Shown here piece after piece: positions 40,289 through 53,296 of a stretch of 64,000 nucleotides of DNA. The DNA is from Octopus sinensis. Taxonomy: Eukaryota. The stretch lies in the NCBI RefSeq assembly GCF_006345805.1, contig NC_042998.1, positions 120,032,001-120,096,000 of the forward strand, given 5' to 3'. The notes beneath the pieces were generated by a model. It saw only the letters and a program-made list of their open reading frames with translations. It ran no database searches and was not told the origin of the DNA. The translations under genes and the position numbers were made by a program. How positions within the stretch are numbered: position 1 is the stretch's first letter; every line of letters starts with the position of its first letter.

Positions 40289-42488
40289 CAAAATAAGCAA
40301 CAAGGATATCCAGAGGTAATGTAGTACGATCGTTTCACGCAACTCCATTTAATTGAACAATGCAACCTTAGCTAATACCAGGTATCAGTCTTTATTGATA
40401 CTAGCTATATAAGTATATATATAACTTTTAGTTTAGTATATCTTGAATTATTATACATTTTTATATATCTTCTCTATTGTGCTTAATAAGCTACATATAC
40501 TTTATCATGTTTTTAGATATTAAGCGTTTTTATTCCTTTTCTCTGGTGTTCTGCCCTACCTGATTATTTTATTTCTTTATTATTTTATAATAGCCTTTAT
40601 TTATTTATTTATTTATAAAATAAATCTAATATTTGTACCTCTATAAATTCATACTTAGCTTATATATAACAATACTGGTATATTCATTACTTAAAATAAA
40701 CTGCTTAGATTATAATTAAATTAATTCATAGTTAGCATGTTCTTTTACTTCAGTACTCCTTTATTAAATACCAGTATATACCAATTGATCAATAGTCACT
40801 GATACCATCTGATTAGTTAGTATTTAAGTTTATAATATGTATAAATATTAAACTATTTCTGGATAATTTTCTTTTCCTTCCTCTATTGTGGTAAAAGTTT
40901 GATATATACTCAAAAGTATTCTTAAAACATTTTATCCTTTTGTTATAATTCTTCTTCTTAATAATCCTCTGAATAACCCTAAACTTTAACTTTATACAAT
41001 ATAGCAGTATTGCTTAAAATATTTAATTATAATACTACATGATAAGATTTCCCCTGTTCCATTATCAATGGTCTGCTAGTGACCAGCCCCCTTAATTGTC
41101 AGCTAACATCTTGATTTTAGTTTTCCTTTACCAAATCCCATGATATTGCTTCAAATAAATCTTTAGCTGTGTAGATTGGTGCATTATCATCCTGAAAGAT
41201 TGTGTTTCCCTCTGGAAACAGTTCGGCAACCATAGGATGAATTTGATCAGATAAAATGCTTAGTCTTGACTATTAATTCTGCCATAAAGGGAAACCATTG
41301 GGCAGCAGATTTCCAAAATATAGCCCTACAGATCATCACAGATCCTCCTTCATATTTACAGTTGGAAGAAGGCAATCTGGGTCAAATGCTTCTTTTGGCT
41401 GCCTCCACACATATACTCAGCTGGTGGTCGGAAATGAGGTAAAGGACAATTCGTCCAAGAAAATAACATTCGTCCACTGTTCTAGGGACCAATTCTGTAG
41501 GTTTTTACTCCATTCTAAACGTTTTGCAATGTTTGTTTTTGAAAATAGTGGCTTTCTGATTGCAGCATACCCATTGAAATCCAGCTTTGTGCAGCTCCCG
41601 GTGAACAGTTTTTGTGGAAACAGGATTCTTGAGGTGGTCATTAAGCTCTGCAGTAATTTTGGGAGCTGTACTTTTCTGATCCTTTCTAACAATTCGCGTA
41701 AGAGTCCAACGGTCCCTATCTGAAAGTTTTGGTTTTCTTCCAAAGTTTTGTTTCAACAAGGAGGTTTTTCCCTCTTTCTCAAAGGTTGTCATTACTTTCA
41801 AGACAGTACTTTTTGATACACCAAACATTTCAACTGTTTTCATTACACTAGCACCTGCCATATGAGCACCAACAATTTGACCTCTTTGAAAGTCTGATAG
41901 ATCTATCATTTTAATGAATTTTAATTACCTTTTCCTGATGATATCTGAAAAGAAACAGCAATTTTAGCAAAACATATTAAGTAACACTAATAATAATCAA
42001 AAAGCATAAAAGCAAACAAGCTTTTGACGGTTTTATAGATATTTCAAAATTATGATGCTCATCATCATTATCATCATCATCATCATCATCATCATCATTT
42101 AACATCTGCTTTCCAAGCCGGCATGGGTTGGATGGTTTGACATGGAGCTGGCGTATCTGTCGAGGCATGGTTTTAATGGCTAGATGCCCTTCCTTATGCC
42201 AATTATATATATTAAGTAAAAGTTGACATTAACTTCCATATTTTTGCTTGCTTTTTATCATCAGACTGTTTAATGATGGCAAGCAAGATGAAACTTCGAA
42301 GTCACTTTTAATATTTTCCCTGAAAAAATTAATAAATATGTACTCTACTAAAAAGTATTGAGTGATCCGTCAGCTTAATGTTAAATTATTTTTATAAATA
42401 ACTTCACATAAAGACACACACACACAGAGGGTTAACTTGGAAGATGGATTTTGAATGATTATGATGTACATACATAGACACATACATG

Positions 42489-42529
<41 letters not shown>
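40284..42529. repeat. About 2.25-kb tandem duplication, copy 2
   Basis: Appears to differ from copy 1 only by 1-bp indels. Confidence 0.95.
41161..42038 (-). mobile_element. 3'-truncated Tc1-like transposon (copy 2)
   Basis: ORF pieces 41505-41909 and 41417-41743. Confidence 0.85.
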
Positions 42530-42532
<3 letters not shown>

Positions 42533-42659
42533 GGTATGTAGAAAAATACAACATGGACAAGAACGTATAACTCTTAGAAGACGATACAATAAACACGGAC
42601 AGGACATTCGAAACCCTCAGTCTTCAGTCAAGAACCGGATCATCGTAGTAATTTCGGCT

Positions 42660-42737
<78 letters not shown>

Positions 42738-43174
42738 AATACTTATACACACACATATACATACATGCATAAACACTTGTATATGTGCACATATATGCAT
42801 GTCTGTGTATATATGCATTGATATGTGTGTGTTTTATGATCACATTGTTTCAATTTTCTTTTCAAATGACAATTATTTTGAAGAAAAACTGAACACATCA
42901 AAGCTTGAATTGAAAAACCAATATGTTTGGAAAGATAAATATTATAGGTTTCTTGTCAAAAATATGCAAAAAGTATTGCCAGATGGAAGATTTAAATTTA
43001 TATTTAGCTTGCTGGAATGCTAGAATGTTTCTTCCTACAACTTACCATTTCATTTGCATTTTTAATTATCTGCAGAAAATTAGAGAATTTTTTGTTTCTC
43101 AAGAAGGACAGCTTCTGTTTTTAAATTGAATAGAAATCTTGCAAACCAAATCCAAAAACGAAATATATATATAT

Positions 43175-43385
43175 ATAGTTAATCCAAACATGAACAAAAA
43201 GAAAACACAACGCGAGGATGTGGAACAAGTATAGTGTTATTGGATACTCAGGAAAGGAAAGAAAGAAGGAGGATTAACGTTTCGAGTGGAGCTCTTCGTC
43301 AGAAAAATAGAAAAAGGAAAGGTCCAAGGAAGGGAAGACGGAGAAAGAAAATCACCAACAGTACACACATGGTCACACACATGGT
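43175..43385 (-). mobile_element. Penelope-like terminal-repeat fragment with minimal hammerhead (43271-43307)
   Basis: TTT-CTGACGA-a-GAGC-tcc-ACTC-GAAA-CGTT-AAT; homologous to 27710-27915. Confidence 0.65.
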
Positions 43386-43666
43386 CACACACACAACACA
43401 CATATATATATGGAAAAAAAAAGGTCAAGATAGAAAATGCTAAAATAATTTTATAAAAAGCATTTCAGTACTGGTTTCAGTCATTGAGACTTTTTTGAGT
43501 GTAAGTATGGAAATCAATTAAATTTTGGAAAAATTAAAAGAAAAGTTTTTTTAAAAGAATATTTGCATAGTGTTCAAATACAAGTGGCATTTTCCTTGTT
43601 TCTGCCTGTCTCTGTCTCTCTTGTTTACTCTTGTGGGTTCGAGGTTGTTGTGAATTCTTGGTAGGG

Positions 43667-43740
43667 AAGAAGAAGAAGAAGAAGAAGAAGAAGAAGAAGA
43701 AGAAGAAGAAGAAGAAGAAGAAGAAGAAGAAGAAGAAGAA
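43667..43740. repeat. (GAA)n microsatellite
   Basis: Direct observation. Confidence 0.95.
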
Positions 43741-43855
43741 TGTGGGAGTGCTATGTTTAAGGGTCAACTGCCCGCTGTGGATGGTAGTAGAATGGTCAAG
43801 TGACCTGCTGCGGATGGTAGTAGTAATTGCTGAGTTCCTAAAACATCTCTTTTGA

Positions 43856-43888
<33 letters not shown>

Positions 43889-43889
<1 letters not shown>

Positions 43890-45158
43890 TAGGTTGTCAA
43901 GAGAGTTCTTGAAGTTTTTAACCTTTTTAAATTCAAATGCACATGTATCGGCTCAAACAAAGCTTTATTAATCGAAATAAACTCCAGAATCAACACACTT
44001 TTGCCAATGTGAAACAAATTCATTTATGCCATTAGCGTAAAAATCCTGTGTTCTGGTGGCGATGAAGTCATTGAAGACTTGTTTGGCATCGTCTTGGTTT
44101 TTGAAGCATTTCTCATGCAGGAAGTTGTCAAGATGCTTGAAAAAGTGGTAGTCAGTAGGCAAGAGGTCTGGTGCATATGGCAGATGAGGCAGAGTTTCGT
44201 AGCCCAATTCGTTCAACTTCTGCAGTGTCAGTTGTGTGACATGTGGCCTAACTTTGTCGTGGTGAAGAACTGGTCCATTTCTATTGACCAATGCTGGCTG
44301 TTGTTGTCGGAGCTTCTTATGCATTTCATCCATTTGCTGATAGTACTTCTTCGGCGTAATGGTTTCGCCTTGATCCAAAAAGCTGAAATGGATGAGACCG
44401 GCCACAGACAACCAAACAGTCACCATGACCTTCTTTTGGTGCAACTTTGGCTTCGGGAAGTGCTGTGGAGCTTTGTCTTTGTCCAACCACTGAGCTGAGC
44501 ATTGCCAGTTGTCATACAAAATCCACTTGTTATCACAAGTCACAATCCGGTTGAGAAATGGGTCATTCTTGTTGCGTAAAAGAAGGGAAGACGACACTTC
44601 AAAATGACGTTTTTTTTGGTTGTCGTTCAATTCATGCGGTACCCATTTCTCAAGTATTTTTGTTTTTCCAATCTCTTTCAAGTAGTTAGAAATTGTTATA
44701 TATGTTACGTCTAATTCAAAAGCAAGCTCTTGAACAGTTGTGCATGGATTGGCTTCGACTAAGGTTCTTAGTTGAACATTGTCAACATCCACTGGCCAAC
44801 CACTACACTTATCATCTTCAAGACTTTCATCAGCGCTACAAAATTTCTTGAACTGCCATTGTGCTGTACGTTCATTAGTGGTTCTTGGGCCAAATGCATC
44901 ATTGATATAGCGAGCTGTTTCAGCAGCTTTTTGGCCTAGCTTGAACTGGAATAAGAAAATTGTGTGAATTTGCTTTTTGTCCATTCTGGAAGAAATGGCC
45001 TAATTATTCAAAAAGAAAAAGAGTAACATGATTAGATAGAACAAAAAACAGGCTTTAAAATGATATATAAATTCAAAGTAATTTAACAAAAATGAATTTG
45101 AAAATACATCATTTGAGACCCAAATTAAAAATTCCGCAAGATTTTCTTGACAACCCAA
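43889..45158 (-). mobile_element. Full-length mariner transposon (cecropia/Hsmar1-like), 1270 bp
   Basis: TIRs TTAGGTTGTCAAGA.. / ..TCTTGACAACCCAA with TA TSDs; embedded in (TA)n. Confidence 0.95.
43968..44984 (-). CDS. Mariner D,D34D transposase, 338 aa, open frame
   Basis: WVPHEL, VTCD, HHD-(34)-D in [11 protein letters not shown]; collinear with the Hsmar1 transposase as recalled. Confidence 0.9.
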   Translation of the reverse strand: MDKKQIHTIFLFQFKLGQKAAETARYINDAFGPRTTNERTAQWQFKKFCSADESLEDDKCSGWPVDVDNVQLRTLVEANPCTTVQELAFELDVTYITISNYLKEIGKTKILEKWVPHELNDNQKKRHFEVSSSLLLRNKNDPFLNRIVTCDNKWILYDNWQCSAQWLDKDKAPQHFPKPKLHQKKVMVTVWLSVAGLIHFSFLDQGETITPKKYYQQMDEMHKKLRQQQPALVNRNGPVLHHDKVRPHVTQLTLQKLNELGYETLPHLPYAPDLLPTDYHFFKHLDNFLHEKCFKNQDDAKQVFNDFIATRTQDFYANGINEFVSHWQKCVDSGVYFD

Positions 45159-45219
45159 TATAATATACATATATATACATACATACATATATATATAAAT
45201 ATCATGTTGAATCACTAGC

Positions 45220-45410
45220 TTCTGCATGCATTTTTTTCTCTCCTTGTTTCTCTCCGTGTTTCTTTTCTGTGTATCTTTCTGTTGAAGAGCGGAGGCTCGA
45301 AACGTAAAAGACTTGTTTTATTTATATTCCTGAGTGCCATACTAATACAATTGTTTGTTTGTACTCCACCTGCCTTCGTCTTTTGTTTATTTTCATAAAG
45401 CTTCCCGTTA
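45220..45410 (+). mobile_element. Penelope-like terminal-repeat fragment ending in (TA)n
   Basis: Contains a minimal hammerhead and AT-rich 3' flank; joins (TA)n at about 45409. Confidence 0.6.
45274..45311 (+). ncRNA. Minimal type I hammerhead, CUGUUGA core variant
   Basis: TCTTT-CTGTTGA-a-GAGC-ggag-GCTC-GAAA-C-GTA-AAAGA: perfect stems I and II. Confidence 0.6.
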
Positions 45411-45434
45411 TATATATATATATATATACATATC

Positions 45435-45478
<44 letters not shown>

Positions 45479-45480
45479 TG

Positions 45481-45514
<34 letters not shown>

Positions 45515-45599
45515 AAAGGAGAGAGAGATGATAGATAGATAGATAGATGGATAGACAGGCAGACACATACAAACAGACACACATACATACATACATACA

Positions 45600-45630
<31 letters not shown>

Positions 45631-47519
45631 GCAGTGGTTGTATGTGTTTGCATGTACTTTCATCTTGACATCAAGTGGTGGTTGTAAATGAGTATCATTA
45701 TTATACCAGTAAGATTGTTCATTTCCTGTCTTTAGTAAAAAAAAATATGTCTAGCTATGGGGAAAAAAATTACTTTGCTTGGAAACAGATGAAGTTTGGT
45801 GACAGGCAGTATATCTGGCTGTAGAAAACGTGCTTCAACAAATTCCATCTGATTCATGCAAATATGGAACAGTGGACATCAGATGATGGCGACAATGATG
45901 ATGATGATGTCGACAACGACGACAACGATGATGATGATCATGATGATGACAAGGCTGATGGTGGCAATGGCAGTGGCAGTGGTGATGACAACAACGACGA
46001 CAGCAATGATGATGACGACAAAAATGATTAAAAAACAGGCCATCTGACTGGAGAACAAAAACTCACCAACACACAGAAACTTTGAGATACAGATGTGCAA
46101 TTTCTTGTCTTTGTCATTTCTGTTTCTATGACACTGTTCCTACTCCTCTGAACTACAACATTGCATGGCATGGCTGCTCTCCAAGCCCACTTGATACACC
46201 ACCCTTATTATGTATAACTTCATACTAAACACTTCACCCAATCCTTTCTTCCTTACACCTACAACCTTCTGAAACTCTATTCTTGCACTTTCCTTCTCAA
46301 CATAAAAATACAGATGTCTTTGCTGAATATCAACCACATTGGCATTACCTGTCTAGGAATACCTGAAAAAGGTAGGTGCACTATGCTTTGTCTTGAATTT
46401 TATAAACCACCACTGCCGACCCCTCCACTGCATCACTACCACTGCCAGATGCCTCTGCTGTTATCACCATCACCTCTGATGCTGCCACCACTGCCTAGAG
46501 CCTATATATATAATACAAAACAAATTACACGCATATGGAAATGAACTTGATAAATGGAAGTGGAGCAAAAATATAATACAATATATTAAAACAGTTTAGA
46601 AATTTAGTCCACAAAATAAGTAAGTAATATCCACCTATGTAGGGCTAAAAAACTGCCATCTAGTTAGGATCAGAGCAATCCACATCTTTGACCATTTGCC
46701 ATTCCAGTCACCTTTTGCAAACTGGGTTCACCCAAGATACCTGTGAGCAGCTGTGACCTAAGCTGAATTCTTAAGCATTCTACATCCTCTAAGAAGTGAT
46801 CTCTTAGCTGTGGTCTTCGAGAACCATCTATTCTCTAGAGGTAACTGACATTTGCCCTACCCCCATTTTCTCCCCAATCAGCATAAAATTATATATATAT
46901 ATTTTTAAAAATATTTTGTCTTTTATTCAGGAGGGAAGCCAATGCCTATGATCCTTTACAAGGCTGCTGAGACTTGTGGGAGAGAAAGAAGAAGGTTTCC
47001 TTCCCCTCACTGGAAATCTGACTTGAATTCTTGTGACTGAGTAGACTCTGCTAAAAGGATCAAAGGTGTCAGATGGTAGAGTTAACTCAGGGAATGGATT
47101 AAGTTTACCATCCATGTAAGATAGCAGGATCTGAACTCAGAACATACACACACATGAAAAGAAAAAATTCTACCAAGCATCTAGTCCAAAATTCTTACAG
47201 TTCTACTAATCCCCTGCCTTTGGACTGATACTCTTTTATTGAACCTAAAAGGACAAAAAAGGTAAAGTTTACCATGGTGAGATTTGAACTCAGGGTACAA
47301 AGAGTCAAAAGGTATGTGGGGAATCATTTTTGTCCGATGCTTAAATGATTTAACCAATTCATTACCTTTTCTTTTTCTAGGATCAGCATCAAATCAATCA
47401 GACTTTGGTTGATGCCATCTTTGTTTTTCATCTCTTGGTGTAGGTTGATAAAGCACTAATCCAATACTGATGCTGATTCTTCTTTTTATTGTACATATTT
47501 GTATATATATATATATATA

Positions 47520-47931
47520 TCTTTTATCTTTTTATCTTTTACTTGTTTCAGTCATTAGACTGTGGCCATACTGGTGCACTGCCTTGAAGAATTTATAGTC
47601 GAATGTATTGACCCCTATACTTTTTTTTAAAGCCTGATACATATTCTATTAATCTCTTTGGCCAAACTGCTAAGTTATGGGGACATGAACACACCAACAC
47701 TGGCTGTTAAGTTGTGAAGGTGGCGGACAAACACAGACACACATACATAGATATACACACATATATACAATGGGCTTCTTTCAGTTTCCATCTACCAAAT
47801 CCACTCACAAAGCTTTGGTTGGCCTGAGGCTATAGTAGAAGACACTTGCCCTAGGTGCCATGCAGTTGGACTGAACCTGGAACCATGTGGTTGGGAAGCA
47901 AGCTTTTTACCACACAGCCACGCCTGCACCT
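47520..47931 (-). mobile_element. Type A SINE
   Basis: Homologous to 27300-27694. Confidence 0.85.
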
Positions 47932-47940
47932 ATATGTATG

Positions 47941-48158
47941 CAAGCTGGCAGAAACGTTAGCACGCCGGGCAAAATGCGTAGCCGTATTTCGTCTGACGTT
48001 ACGTTCTGAGTTCAAATTCCGCCGAGGTCGACTTTGCCTTTCATCCTTTCGGGGTCGATAAATAAAGTACCAGTTTCGCACTGGGATTGATGTAATCAAC
48101 TTAATCCCTTTGTTCTTGTTTGTCCCCTCTATGTTTAGCCCCTTGTGGGCAGTAAAGA
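47941..48158 (+). mobile_element. Type B SINE, young CpG-rich copy
   Basis: GCTGGCAGAAACGTTAGCACGCCGGGC...GAGTTCAAATTCC...GCCTTTCATCCTTTCGGGGTCGATAAATAAAGTACCAG. Confidence 0.85.
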
Positions 48159-48414
48159 AATATATATGTATGATGTTTATGCATATATTTGTATGTTTGT
48201 GCATATGAACGAATATATTTGCATGTGCAAGAATAAGCTTCCATTCACTATTTTGCAATAAGTGTGTGTGTGTGTGGTGTGTGTGTGTGTGTGTGTGTAT
48301 GTGTGTGTGTGTGCATATGCATGTGTACATGTGTGCATGTCCATGTAAATACATGTAAATGCATGTGTGTGTATGTATGTATGTGTGTGCATCTAAGTGT
48401 GAATGTATGTTATC

Positions 48415-50060
48415 ACCACTGCTTAACGTCTGTTTTTGATGCTGGCATGGGTTAGATGTTTCAACAGGAATGATAAGCCAGAAGACTGCGCCAAGCTTTG
48501 ATGTCTACTTTGGTATTGTTTCTATGGTTGGGTGCCCTTCTTAGCACCAACCACTTTACAGAGTGTATTGGATGCTTTTTACATGGCACCAGCATTAATG
48601 AAGTCACTGAGTAACTCGCAAGACAAGACACCATGACTGAGTGGGGAAGCCAGTTGTAGTATTGAGGGAGGTGCAAATATAATAAAGGGACTAGAACAGA
48701 TAACTAACTGGAGAGCAGATACATGGCTTTCCTAGTGGGAAAGGGAGAGGGGGAGAGGGGAGAGAGAGGAGGGAAGGGAGAAGGGAGAGGGGCAGAGATG
48801 GGGAGGGAGGAAGGGGGAGAGAAAGAGGGAGAGAAAGGGAGAGAGAGGAATAGTGAGAGAAGGGGAGAGAGGGAGGGAGAGAGAGAAAGATGGTGAGGAT
48901 ATAAGCTCAAGGTACAAGATATATGTAAGTATGAAATTAGGGATAGAGGATTGGAAAGTGTAGATGGATAGGTAAGTTTGCAAGACTGTGAAAGGAGTGT
49001 GACAGATGGTCAGAGATGAGGAATGAGGTGGATGCCATGCATGGAGCACATAGATGGAGTCATGCTCAATGGTGAATATCAGCTTGGAGTACAAAAGAAG
49101 GAAGCAGGAGAATGTTGAGCAGGAGGAGGAAGTGACAAGGGACAGTAAATAGGGAGATGATGTGAAATGTAGGGAGATAAATGATAACATTTACAGTGCC
49201 TAAGTAAGTAGTGTCATAATTGAAAGAATGATGGAAGGAGGAATGTTAGAAAATGAGTTGTGGAGGAAAGTTTGACTGGACTACATTTTGGCTGAGATGG
49301 ATGGTATTCTCAAGCACAGCATATTGCCAATCATCTCGGTCTTTTGTTCCTCCATGAGGCTCAACATCTTGAGGCTGGTCTACTTTGCTCCACATTTGTC
49401 TAGGTCTCCCACTTTCACAGGTTCCATCCATGTTAGTGATAGGCACTTCTTTATGCAGCTGTCCTCATCCAGAGACATCACATGACCATGCTAGCACAGT
49501 CTTCTTTCTTGTATACTACATCAGACCAATTTTTCTCTCAATACATTGTTGTACATTGTTGTACATGCACACTGATGTTGCATATTTAGTGGTGCACAAT
49601 AGCTTCATTTATTCATAGTCTTTGCATATCCTCTGCATTCATGGCTTAACTATCACAACCACGTAGCATTGCTGTTTGTACACAAGCATCATACAATCTG
49701 CCTTTCACTCTAAGAGAATGGGACGTCTTATTTTCAATAGAGGTAATTGCTCACTGAACTTTCTCTATTCTCCTATTCTTATTCTAGCAACTATATTTTC
49801 AGAACATTTCTACCACTGCTAATTAGGTCTCTTAGGTAATATAAACTATTTACTACCTCTGAGGATCCACCTAGGAATTCCAGAAAATCTATTTTCAATA
49901 TCCATTTAGTATTTATTGCTCCTGCATATCTGCTACAAAATCTACTTTTTCTGCTAACTTCCTGTGATTCCACTGCAGTTTTTATGTGCCCACAATTTAC
50001 ACTGAGTAGATAGTATGGAATTTCTACCTACATCTTTCCTACATATCAATCAGGGTGATT
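48415..50060 (-). mobile_element. Older RTE LINE copy related to 29650-31121
   Basis: EVVNSLYYLRDLISSG, ESGRPRQMWSKV, decayed PHD region near 49900-50050, CT-rich UTR and family terminus. Confidence 0.75.
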
Positions 50061-50599
50061 TACAGTCACATTGGCTGTTTCTTAGTTAATAGACTGTAGT
50101 ATGGGGAACTGTAATGTGAAAAACGATGTACAATTCACCTACCTCTCAGCATCAACTGTCCAGCTGGGTTAAATCTGAGATGCACCCTACCTGTCTGACC
50201 TATTGCTAGAACCTGCACTAATACCCTTTCTAGCTCACACATCTACATACGTCCGTCCACTCCTGCTGCCTGAGGCCAAAGAGGCCCATGCTGGTCCTAC
50301 TTCTGCCCACATCCTCACTCATTCTTACTCTTCCAGTCGGGCCCCTCAGCCATTGACGTCACTGACCATTTCTTTCTGGTTCACCTCATTCCTACATAGA
50401 CTGAGACCTAGGATGTAGGTTTTCTATAGAGGCAGTCATGATCAATTTGAACTGATTAACATGATGGTAGTTATCTGACATTAGAAATTACTTTCAGATC
50501 TTAAAGATAAATTCTGTTGACAGTTCATATATTATTAGTTCATATAATAGAAGTAGAATGGAATGCCCAAACATATTACAAATTCATCAATTCGAGAAG

Positions 50600-51470
50600 A
50601 TGTGTTCCCTTGAATTTTTATTCATTAATATGCAAAATGTTCTTATGTAAATTAGCAACCAGCTTTCTCTCACCCCAGGGACACAACAATATAGCCTTTT
50701 TAACAGCACATAAATACAACCATAGCATAACCATAGCTTATAGCAATGGAACATTCTTGAATCCATTCATTAGTAATGGAAAATACATAATTAAAACTCA
50801 AAGTTGCTACAACTATTAAGGTCTCACAATCACTGATGATCTTTCCTAGATATTTTTTATACTCAACACAATTAAAACTGCTCAGTTCTGATCATTTATT
50901 GAGTCTCTACAAAACTCAACTACAACAGATATTAGAGTGCTAATTACATAAAGTAAGCAGATATGGGTAGATTGAATATAATATCTAGGATAACACCATT
51001 GTCTGCTCCTGGGTTCGTCAGTAAAGTCCATTCTGCTGTAAACAATCTCAAGTTATTTAACTTGATATCTTTATCCCAAGCTTCTTAGTCTATCTCCTAA
51101 TCTACAAGTAACTTCTTGTTCATTCCACCAGCTTCATAAGTGGACCCTTACAAAGGTCATGAATGCTGCCCTTCCTCCTTGGATGAAACCATTAAAAAAT
51201 TTTTAATCTGCATTGTCTCCTCTCTCTGTTTCTCTGAATGAACCAACATCTCAACCTTTCTTCCTCTTGTCTTTCTCAGCTCCAAGGCACTTACCAACCA
51301 CTTTATTCAATATTTCTTTTCCAGAGCAACAACTAGCTGGTATTACCATAGCCACTCATCTTTTCCTTGCAGATGTCAACTTATAGATGTTCAAGGTGAA
51401 CACCAGCCATGTTAATCTTACTCAAATGTTCAAGGTGACCATCAGCCATATTGATCTCACCAACCTCTGA
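50600..51470 (+). mobile_element. Decayed L2/CR1-group LINE 3' fragment
   Basis: GLTITDDLS*, LLSLYKTQLQQILEC, TNHFIQYFFSRATTSW, MFKVN. Confidence 0.55.
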
Positions 51471-52299
51471 AGCCATGTATGAATCATGGGTTCTTCTTCT
51501 TCTTCTTCTTCTTCTTCTTCTTCTTCTCCTCCTCCTCCTCCTCCTCCACCTCTTCTTCTTCTTCTTCTTCTTCTTCTTCTCTTCTTCTTTTCCTTCTTCT
51601 TCTTCTCTCCAAACAAAAACAAAGAGCAGTCAAACACGCAGACACACAAGTATGTATATGCATACACATATTTGCACATATACGACCAATAATGTTACAC
51701 ACATCAGTAACAGTTCAATGAAACACTGAATACACACTTGCACATATACACATGTCTATGCATTAAACAAATACACACATTCATGCATAAACATATACAC
51801 ACATTTATATGTTGTAATGTGCGCTACTTCTTTTCTACTTTCCTCCCACCTCCACTAAATACATATAGTTCTGGCAAATATAATGAGATTTTGTTGATCC
51901 TCTTGTGAAGTATTAAGGAGTTTATGTTTTGTTGTTGAAATTGTAAAATATTTGTAAACACGAATATTTCTGTGTGCACACCACCATCATTATCACTTTT
52001 GTAGTCATCATCACCATCAACAGCTTCAGCATCAGCATCAACATCAGCATTATCATCACTACCGCCACTACCACCAAGCTACACTCAACTTATAAATATG
52101 TATTGAACACTATTGTTTTACACTAACACATTGTAAAATGATATTAATCATCATTATCGTCACTACCACCACCACTACAAAACTAGCACCACCACCACCA
52201 CCACCACCAAAACTACCACCTCCTTGTACTCTCTGTAAGAGGGTGGTAAATCAAATTGAATAACAGTGCACGACATGAGAGGACTGTTTAGTTTTACTG

Positions 52300-52669
<370 letters not shown>

Positions 52670-52670
<1 letters not shown>

Positions 52671-53062
52671 TAGATATCACACAGTATACAATATTGTGAA
52701 ATTGTTGATTGAAGATATTGTGTCTATCGGGGGGTTGTACTGTTTGTCAAGTTACAACAATGACCTCAGACAGACAATACTTTATACAATATACGTGCAA
52801 TTCCATGTAATGCCGACTTTTGCAATGCACTTAGATTGTAGGGTATTTCTAAAGTTTTCCTTTTTTTATTTTTCAGATTGGATGGTATAGAATCCAATGC
52901 TCCAATGACAATAGGGATAACCTTTATGTTTGACTCTCGTAGCTGCCACATCTTAATGATTTCACTTCTCAGGTCTCCATATCTATCAACCTTTTCTCTT
53001 TTTTTCATGATGGTATGTTGATCTCCTGGCACTGCCACGTCAATTATTAGGCACTCTTGTCT
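52670..53062 (-). mobile_element. R4/Dong-clade non-LTR retrotransposon 3' end (restriction-like endonuclease)
   Basis: IDVAVPGD...EKVDRYGDLRSEIIKMW...VIPIVIGAL...LQKSALHGIARILYKVL*; 3' end runs into (AAT)n. Confidence 0.8.
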
Positions 53063-53074
53063 GAATCATTATTA

Positions 53075-53286
53075 AGGTGGGGAGCTGGCAGAAATGTTAC
53101 TGTGTCAGAAAAAAGGCTAAGCGGCATTTCTTATGACTTCACATTCTAAGTTCAAACACCACAGAGGTCAACTTTGCCTTTCATTCTTTTGGGATCAGTA
53201 AAATAAGTACCAGTTGAACACTAGGATCAATATGATTGACTTACTTCCTCCCCCAAAATTACTGACCTTGTGCCAAAATTTGAAAC
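53075..53286 (+). mobile_element. Type B SINE
   Basis: Type B consensus. Confidence 0.8.
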
Positions 53287-53296
53287 TATTATTATT

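Noticed and set aside
42530-42663. TA-flanked fragment with CTGAAGA...CGAA on the minus strand
   Set aside because: Probably PLE-terminal, but the stems cannot be drawn convincingly
44079-44498. 139-aa plus-strand ORF
   Set aside because: Antisense shadow of the mariner transposase
43968-44984. SETMAR-like domesticated fusion gene
   Set aside because: No SET-domain exon is visible, and the element retains TIRs and TA TSDs
46931-47115. Exon-like segment (TTTTATTCAG ... CAT|GTAAGA)
   Set aside because: Stops in all three frames; could only be a non-coding exon, with no further support
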